Below the pieces are notes generated by a model. That model was given only the letters and a program-made list of their open reading frames with translations, ran no database searches and was not told the DNA's origin. From Mucisphaera calidilacus (GTDB taxonomy: Bacteria > Planctomycetota > Phycisphaerae > Phycisphaerales > Phycisphaeraceae), in the NCBI RefSeq assembly GCF_007748075.1, contig NZ_CP036280.1, forward strand, positions 1,080,001 to 1,112,000: a stretch of 32,000 nucleotides of DNA. Reading direction: 5' to 3'. The translations under genes and the position numbers were made by a program. Below, piece after piece: positions 25,901-30,390 of the stretch. The first letter of the stretch is position 1. Every line of letters starts with the position of its first letter.

Positions 25901-28659
25901 GGTCAGACGACCCCAACTACCTGCTCACCACAACCGTATGGCCCGCTGGCGATTGGGACTGGTCATACGAAAGGATTGATTCACCCCCGCCCGACATCAA
26001 CTGGTCCGGTTCGGCCACCATCCACACAGGAGGGCTCGACCTTGAAATCACCGACCTTCCCAACGACCAGGAAGACGACCCGCAGCAGGCACCCATCCTC
26101 CCCGTCTCCTCCGCCGATGCCGACAACGACGACATCCCCGACGCCCTCGACATCAACGACACCACACGCCCGCTCCTCCCCGTCGAACTCACCCTCTCCA
26201 GCAACTACAACGCCGGCTGGTCAAGCGGGATCGACCCCGCCAACACCATGATCACCTTCCGCTACCAGGGACCCGACCAGACCGAAATCAACAACCTCGC
26301 CTCACTCACCCCCACCACGCTCCAATCCCAAGGCGAACCAGCCACCACACCAGGCCTCCGCCTCTGGCAGGATGACGCATCCTCACCATCTCTCTACCTA
26401 GCCCCCGACACACCCATCTCCGCTCAAGACCTCGGCCTCTCACCCGGCAACACCGTCACTCTCTGGATCGAAGCCTCCCCCGGCTCCAACGCCAACCAGC
26501 CCTACGCCCTCGCTGCCGAGATGAACCTCACCGACACCAACCAAACCAATTACACGCGCCTCATCGCCGACACCGTCCTCGCCCGCCCACTTGCGGTCGA
26601 CCTCGACATCGATAGCGACAACACCGCGCTCTACGACCTTCCCGAAGGCTCCGAGTCGGAAGACGAAATTGAGGCCTCCAAACCCAAAGTCATCCTCGTC
26701 AACCGTGACGACGACGATAACGATCAAATCCCCGACTACGCCGATGGCTACGGTGCTTTCTCAGACAACCCCAGCAGCGTCTACAACGCCGATGAGCAGT
26801 TTGTTCCGGTCACCCTCAAGCTACCTGTTGTTCAAGACACCCAAGCCAGCCTCGTGTTTCACTACTCAGCAGACGACCCCGCGTCGGTCACCCGCAGCAG
26901 CCTCAACATCGAAGAAATCGCGAGCTACGCAGACCCCACAGCCTACGCCTACAGCGCCGCCGGCCAAGGCCTTCTCCGGCTATGGACCAAGCCGGGTGAA
27001 TACACAAGACTTGCAGACCCCATCTCCCAAGGCGGTGACTTTGTCCCCGCAGGAACAACCATCTCACTCGACGACCTCACCATCGATGCCCAAGGCACGG
27101 TCACCCTCTATCTCGAAGCCGTCTACGGCTCCGCAACACCCACAAATATCACGGTTGATTACACAGTCGACTCCAAGACCGCCTCGGATGTCATCGCCGT
27201 CCTCCCACTGGCTCCAGACATCAGCATCAGCAGTGATGTCCAACTCGAAGGCTATACCCTCATCACAGGCTCCGGTTCCATCACCGGAACCTCAGGCAAC
27301 GACATCATCTTTGGCTCAGACTCTGCCGACTTGATCGACGCCGGATCAGGTGACGACATCATCATCGCCGGCTCAGGCGACGACGAGATCTACAGCGGGA
27401 ACGGCTCAGACATCATCTACCCAGGCCGAGGCGACGACCTCATCGACGTCGATAACGCCGACACGCTCCCGATCGCTTCACCCGAAGCAGAGAACACCAT
27501 CATCTACCGCGACAAGATCGTGGTCTCCTACACCAACGACAACAACCTCATGCTCCTCGGCCAGGCCCTAGCCACCTACGAACTGCTCTTCGGCCCGGAC
27601 GATCCCTGGCTGGAGGCATTCGCAGGCATCGGCGGAACCATTCAGGCTCGCTCCGAGACCATCTGGACCTTCAGCGATGCGTACGTCGACAATGTCGACG
27701 GCAAGCCGGTCTTGACTCTCGAACTGGAAAACAGCGATCTCGATGACCCGTTCAAGATGGCCACCGCCATGAGACAGGCAATCCTCAGCTACGCCGGCTC
27801 CAGCCCCGTTCTTTTCAATGGCGGCTACCGCAAGTTCCAGGCCTACTTCACGGACAACCTCCAACTCTTCGACCTCGCCAAACAACGTAGCTACACAGAC
27901 GAACAAGATGAGATCAATACCTACCAGCAACTCCAGCAGCTGGGCATCGCTCAGGCAGCGGAGGCCGCAGGCCTCCTCGCAACACTTTACGCCTCAGGCG
28001 TCACCATCATCAGTGAAGCGGCAGATCTGGTCTTCGTGCTCCACGATCTGGCTACCAGCGAATCCGGCGAAGAACAAGTGATCGCGATGGCAGGCCTTCT
28101 GCCGTTTATCCCCGTAGGAGCTACAGGCGGCGTCGCTAAAATCATCCTGAGATCGCCCGTAGGTGAACTCCTGGTCTACACGACCGGCAAAGTCCTATAC
28201 CTCCCCAACACCACGGCGCAGCTCGGGATTAAACTCACCCGAGCAACACTGTCTGAGGGCGCCGAGAAAATCCGCTTCGTCGACGACCCCACAGGCATCT
28301 CTGTACCAATCTTTGGTCGAGGCCATGCTACAGGAGCCCTGAACCACGACAAAGCCACGGATAGATTAGCCGAGCAGTTGGCTGCCACCGGGAACTACGA
28401 ATACATCACCACGAATCTGACCTGGAGAACAACGCTCAATGACGCCGCTGGCAACCCATTAACAGATTCACCTCGACGACCCGATGTGATCGCCGTTCGC
28501 AGAGACGGCAGGGTTGAAGCTTACGAAATACCATCTGAATTAGATGACCCAACACTTCTATATAACCGTATGCAAGAGATAATGCAGACCTTACCTGATG
28601 AACGAAGAACTGATCCGATAATTATTTCTATTACCGATATCCTAGGCACACCCGAATGA
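19924..28659 (+). CDS. Giant (2911 aa) multidomain secreted/surface protein: LEPRVLLSA N-motif, dockerin-like, RTX, PKD-like, FN3 array, TSP3-type Ca repeats, (GW)n, RTX, unassigned C-terminal module
   Basis: ORF 19852-28659 (the track start is a TTG). I prefer the ATG at 19924 (MSLFLWIQRRLASQF) with AAGGGA 7 nt upstream. Domain calls come from reading the translation; see the sub-features below. Confidence 0.9.
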   Translation: MSLFLWIQRRLASQFTSANDEPSPSSGLETLEPRVLLSATPPGFSGEGLMPLGFTASSQLVLSDGFNLTGTNEDDLLTSLRTTSGKRNYSFLGGAGDDVFIIHNTKGHLSGGAGYDRAYTTNSNLTLDSVEEFWVRDDQKVQWVLSGGSAISADRIGETQSFHEINERLSSRHHATGSVPIATLPTPIASSSVLTSDADTEIALSGGLSLETLIVPSPSDNSFASPQNFSTLNLPDNSDLLVSTNTGDVNDDGATDALDIDLLLSLRGTPVEVSPSADLFPDGVLDQRDVDHLIWGILGTEYGDSNLDGRVDLLDLGILSASFNDVGGWANGDYTGEGGIDLLDLGIQAAVFNFDATLPRNVIGTSSDDILYGRRGDDTLNGYAGDDWLWGGQGNDLLYGGPGDDIMHGNQGNNTFIGGTGYDLADQDGKSDVRATVGDLSVSASSSADIGFGYTVSLETDAASTGLRWWRIDWGDGSDPDGDGIVGEILDISTTEANHVYLTGPMATQVTVSALSADTETDAVITPISVLDTAEGLSLQTPANLIAVGVAPNQIFLNWDDNETAEDGYQIKDLANNETLFLPRDHSSYTWTTPNQHYTTTFEVLAYFENEDGTVTYSAPAVTDAATTLPLAPVNVTGIGITSERLGVYWTNLADASERDRTGFIIEYTPYVEGSEADWTRASTRTESDEDANYYTISDLSPEQDYWVRVIAENDLGATVSLAAIVATREIPLPPTDLSATALSNTHVRLNWTNNSEYIDMHEVQWRVAGSQEWDDSSKIKIRAANSAVVDGLDSNTTYEFRIIPWYLYTESNITLNDNIYNTILETTQNRELADIKTYAVADRATSRIKIKWINEVDPEVEDRARIIVKYKPADQADWALAEQRTERSSCTETTLRGLASGTEYDIRIASENSSGIRSAWLQFKTSTLPDSQASTGPLSPPSALYAIPTKGDSLDPDGDSLGPDIELHWLNALPASATGRTGFRIEYKPASIESWDETPFESIDTNSKDSTFYALIRNNIFSSDILEYATEYDIRIFSKGPGGILSEESIELSSTTFVRPEAPVNLTATPLANNVIRCTWEHDSDDLYKYSVKGNSLYGISTNTRAYTHIIDQYHATEVRVVATDLSTGVSSESVSVSLEIPVDPLPVPQNLVAVPIDSNSVRVAWQDQADDEYYSRRGSYIQYVPVGPDGVIDWDSDEAYESQDNDERSFRTSNNAGDARHGLSVIITDLDADTEYAVRVRTLSSGPDTSTTNGNEVLSEYSEPVIVKTTGEDLHSATIDSVRTLPGGHWQINWSYDDQSALPPDGYELELQSIGSNGPEAIPGHTYNLPYGINEFFIEQPPADAILIAITPTRGSDTGTTAISFAPDPATPLVVPSPQQLHLAEQPGDPTQLRVVFSSVRDADGYRLTIEEAGTLTQIREIHQSAEAYLSETLQLNNPNADITVTIYSKRGEDVTPTGRSANRLAPSTPAQFTENLFLETVSWTPVTGSDHLLFLNDGIRHQYLGTFTDSTNNYTLPDVSADNLQEIALVTHTPDSGPSHQATADIYVTSALGDSDTDGLTNGQEFTTYGTDPFQPDTDNDLLNDGDEVLTYATNPLDPDSDDDNLDDGLEVLVHSTNPKAQDTDSDGLSDGAEVLTHLSDPTSQHSDSDGISDGEEVLVHGTKPTNPDTDEDTLTDDREIFAELTNPLSSDTDGDGLDDAWEVKYKDVDDIDPINHYTDSDSNPDGDLLNTLQEYAVGTDPGVADEHHFWTKPSQSPDASLDADRDGILDIIEADLGTNPNTRDTDGDGLTDGFELQHGFDPNNPDEEGNQILDGQDDADDDTLNNSQEQSNGTNPSNPDTDGDGTNDNDEIANGSDPTDASDGGQPVPTAYRNSIRFTLHDSDSSGTHWDEAYGSRELIINDRIRLTVNHNDGIIEHQEYWYHADADEEIQLQFTHTWNHDPDLDYHYRYTNLPEGVSDRGWGSGWGWGWGGGWGWGRIYVSSNTPFWSDDPNYLLTTTVWPAGDWDWSYERIDSPPPDINWSGSATIHTGGLDLEITDLPNDQEDDPQQAPILPVSSADADNDDIPDALDINDTTRPLLPVELTLSSNYNAGWSSGIDPANTMITFRYQGPDQTEINNLASLTPTTLQSQGEPATTPGLRLWQDDASSPSLYLAPDTPISAQDLGLSPGNTVTLWIEASPGSNANQPYALAAEMNLTDTNQTNYTRLIADTVLARPLAVDLDIDSDNTALYDLPEGSESEDEIEASKPKVILVNRDDDDNDQIPDYADGYGAFSDNPSSVYNADEQFVPVTLKLPVVQDTQASLVFHYSADDPASVTRSSLNIEEIASYADPTAYAYSAAGQGLLRLWTKPGEYTRLADPISQGGDFVPAGTTISLDDLTIDAQGTVTLYLEAVYGSATPTNITVDYTVDSKTASDVIAVLPLAPDISISSDVQLEGYTLITGSGSITGTSGNDIIFGSDSADLIDAGSGDDIIIAGSGDDEIYSGNGSDIIYPGRGDDLIDVDNADTLPIASPEAENTIIYRDKIVVSYTNDNNLMLLGQALATYELLFGPDDPWLEAFAGIGGTIQARSETIWTFSDAYVDNVDGKPVLTLELENSDLDDPFKMATAMRQAILSYAGSSPVLFNGGYRKFQAYFTDNLQLFDLAKQRSYTDEQDEINTYQQLQQLGIAQAAEAAGLLATLYASGVTIISEAADLVFVLHDLATSESGEEQVIAMAGLLPFIPVGATGGVAKIILRSPVGELLVYTTGKVLYLPNTTAQLGIKLTRATLSEGAEKIRFVDDPTGISVPIFGRGHATGALNHDKATDRLAEQLAATGNYEYITTNLTWRTTLNDAAGNPLTDSPRRPDVIAVRRDGRVEAYEIPSELDDPTLLYNRMQEIMQTLPDERRTDPIIISITDILGTPE
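20662..20982 (+). other. Dockerin-like Ca-binding repeat module within the giant protein
   Basis: GDVNDDGATDALDIDLLL...DLFPDGVLDQRDVDHLIWGILGTEYGDSNLDGRVDLLDLGILSASFNDVGGWANGDYTGEGGIDLLDLGIQAAVFN. A closely similar module sits before the PEP-CTERM tail of the GH30 gene at 30332-32000. Confidence 0.7.
21013..21192 (+). other. RTX / hemolysin-type calcium-binding nonapeptide repeats (block 1)
   Basis: GTSSDDILYGRRGDDTLNGYAGDDWLWGGQGNDLLYGGPGDDIMHGNQGNNTFIGGTGYD shows GGxGxD periodicity. Confidence 0.8.
21547..24580 (+). other. Array of about 10 fibronectin type III-like domains
   Basis: Recurrent ~90-120-aa units open with P.NL.A/V....V.L.W and close with Y.(F/V)R(V/I), e.g. PANLIAVGVAPNQIFLNWDD, PTDLSATALSNTHVRLNWTN..TTYEFRII, PQNLVAVPIDSNSVRVAWQD..TEYAVRVRT. 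Confidence 0.7.
24592..25530 (+). other. About 14 thrombospondin type 3-like (bacterial TSP3) Ca-binding repeats
   Basis: DSDTDGLTNGQEF..DPFQPDTDNDLLNDGDEV..NPLDPDSDDDNLDDGLEV..DTDSDGLSDGAEV..DSDGISDGEEV..DTDGDGLDDAWE..DTDGDGLTDGFE..DTDGDGTNDNDE. Confidence 0.8.
25818..25869 (+). repeat. In-frame hexanucleotide microsatellite (GGCTGG)n encoding (GW)n
   Basis: GGCTGGGGCTCGGGCTGGGGCTGGGGCTGGGGCGGGGGCTGGGGCTGGGGC encodes GWGSGWGWGWGGGWGWG. It contains eight consecutive G3-5 tracts with 1-3 nt loops on the coding strand. Confidence 0.9.
27268..27450 (+). other. RTX / hemolysin-type calcium-binding repeats (block 2)
   Basis: GSGSITGTSGNDIIFGSDSADLIDAGSGDDIIIAGSGDDEIYSGNGSDIIYPGRGDDLIDV. Confidence 0.8.
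28315..28656 (+). other. Extreme C-terminal module with PD-(D/E)xK-like motif arrangement (candidate nuclease/toxin tip)
   Basis: GRGHATGALNHDKATDRLAEQLAATGNYEYITTNL...RRPDVIAVRRDGRVEAYEIPSE. The PD codons are at 28480-28485 and E-A-Y-E at 28516-28527. This is a motif-level resemblance only, with no canonical Lys after the acidic residue. Confidence 0.35.
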
Positions 28660-29573
28660 ATCGCGATCATTTGAATAATTATGCTCACGCGTCATACGGA
28701 TTGAGGTGTACACGTGAACATATACCTCAATTTGTAAATACTGTACTATCCTTCGGGAGTGATAATAATCTTGGCTTGACTCATTTCCAGATAGATGCCC
28801 CAGGCTTTGCAAATAAACCACTGACCCTTAAACGCAAGCTATCAGAGCTCCGGGAAATAGCCCCAGAAGATTGCCGGTGTGTGAGCTTCTACCGGATGCT
28901 CAAAGGATCCAGGCAATGGTTAGGCGGTGACCAAATTTACATTAGCACACGGCTAATGCCAGAACTCCCATCTTCAAATGAATTCGCCTGTCACATTGGT
29001 GAAGATGTTGAACTGGATATGGTCAATACAATTAAATTATTACTATCTAGATTACTCCCAATACTCCGCCCCACTTATGCAATTAGTTACTATCTTAGTG
29101 TAAAGCGAAGACCATCACTTTACGCCATGCCAATAAGAGCAGGACTTCCATTACGTCATCAATGTGATTTTGAACAACTATATGAATGTGACCGCAGCGA
29201 AGCATTCTTCTTGAATAATAGTAGACAGCTCTACAACCACGGCATCCTCCGAGATGTCTACCCCGAGAACTTCCTAACCCATCACCAGCTCGACGCCGAC
29301 GTGCTCGGCCAGACCCTCCGGGACTGGATCACATCGAGCCCCGACCACGGCGTCCTCGAACACTACTGCCAAGACATCTACCGCTGGTCAGTCCCCGAAG
29401 ACAAGATCCAACCGATCACGGACGTCATGTGGAAAGCCGGCCGCCTCCTCACCCGTGACGAAGCCGAGGAATACGCCTATCAACTCGGCTTGGCTGAACG
29501 CCCACCCTACCGCCAGCCCGGCTGGCACCTCAAAGACCCCAGACCCGTCCCAGGCGACCCGTCCACATGGTGA
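28656..29573 (+). CDS. Hypothetical 305-aa protein translationally coupled to the giant gene (candidate immunity/partner protein)
   Basis: The ATG at 28656-28658 overlaps the giant gene's TGA (28657-28659) in an ATGA arrangement. There is no signal peptide or TM segment, and I recognise no family. The first ~190 codons are AT-rich and the last ~115 are GC-rich. Confidence 0.7.
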   Translation: MNRDHLNNYAHASYGLRCTREHIPQFVNTVLSFGSDNNLGLTHFQIDAPGFANKPLTLKRKLSELREIAPEDCRCVSFYRMLKGSRQWLGGDQIYISTRLMPELPSSNEFACHIGEDVELDMVNTIKLLLSRLLPILRPTYAISYYLSVKRRPSLYAMPIRAGLPLRHQCDFEQLYECDRSEAFFLNNSRQLYNHGILRDVYPENFLTHHQLDADVLGQTLRDWITSSPDHGVLEHYCQDIYRWSVPEDKIQPITDVMWKAGRLLTRDEAEEYAYQLGLAERPPYRQPGWHLKDPRPVPGDPSTW

Positions 29574-29644
29574 GCAAGAGACGATCGCAGGATCAAGCTT
29601 GCTCGTGAAATGCTAGCGGGAACATTCTTTTCTGTCGGAACAGG

Positions 29645-30390
29645 TAGTGTGGTCCAGACCGTTATCGGGAGGGCTGCGCCGGCATTCCTGATGCTGTCCC
29701 AGTCAATCAGTCATTTTGTGTCTTAGGTTCTAAGAGATATTCTGCATCAGCCGACTGCGCGAGGGGGGGCGGGATCCGGGTACTCTTCCGAGGGTCCGGT
29801 GGCCCGGGGTCCGGGGGGGCGGGGGTGGTCCATAATGTTGGGCCTTTGTCGATACAGGACTTACGCATCGAGGCGAGGAGAGCGGAATCATGGTGCCAGC
29901 GTGGCTGACAGCCTTGTTGTTGATGCTTGGGGAGGCCTGGTCGGTGCGCCGAGACGCGCGACTGCGCTTTGTTCTGGCTCAAATCGAACTGCTCAAGGCT
30001 CGCGTGCCGGGCAACCGGGTGATCCTCTCGCCGGACGAGCGGTTGCTGCTGCTCAAACTGGGGTCGGCCGTAGGGCATGACGTCCATGATCTCGTCGGGA
30101 TCGTGAGTGTCAAGACCTACAAACGCTGGCTTCGCCAGCAGCAGGGGGGTAGAGCCCCCGGACAGGTTGGCCGGCCGCCCAAGGTCACCGCTTCGCTTCG
30201 TCCGCACCAGTCGCTTGAGAACACGCCGCCCGAGGATGTCGGCAAGCCGCCACCGACCTCGACGGGCTGGATCCGTCGAGAGCGTACCCTCGGCGGGCTT
30301 CTGAATCATGACTACCGAAAAGCAGCATGATTCACGATGAAAGCTGGCCGTGCCCGACAATCTGGACCGGCTGCGCTGTGGACCAGGTCA
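29645..30390 (+). mobile_element. 746-bp IS-derived element, copy F: longest family member in the window, transposase core deleted
   Basis: Same termini as A-E (TAGTGTGGTCCAGACCG ... CTGGACCGGCTGCGCTGTGGACCAGGTCA). It has a 245-nt left non-coding region with a G-rich tract (29761-29825), then a 146-codon transposase remnant. The right-end hairpin is mutated (CTGGCCGTGCCCG instead of CGGGCAGTGCCCG). Confidence 0.85.
29890..30330 (+). pseudogene. Internally deleted transposase ORF (146 aa): N-terminal region fused in frame to the extreme C-terminus; DDE/rve core absent
   Basis: MVPAWL..RDARLRFVLAQIELLKARVPGNRVILSPDERLLLLKLG..VKTYKRWLRQ..GRPPK joins directly to RPHQSLENTPP..IRRERTLGGLLNHDYRKAA*. 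The tail (RPHQSL...RERLGGLL..Y.R.AA) is the typical end of rve-type integrase-core transposases (IS481/IS3-like). About 250 aa of catalytic domain are missing. Confidence 0.7.

Noticed and set aside
19924-28659. Classifying the giant protein as a type I secretion (RTX toxin) substrate.
   Set aside because: No T1SS ABC/MFP/OMP genes are in the window. About 400 aa follow the last RTX block, and the protein has an N-terminal leader-like motif. The export route is left open.
29761-29825. G-rich tract (GAGGGGGGGCGGGATCCGGG...GGGGTCCGGGGGGGCGGGGGTGG) in the left non-coding part of copy F, considered as a separate regulatory repeat or G4 element.
   Set aside because: It occurs only in copy F; it is truncated in C and E and absent from A/B/D. 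With no conservation to argue function, it is treated as part of the element.
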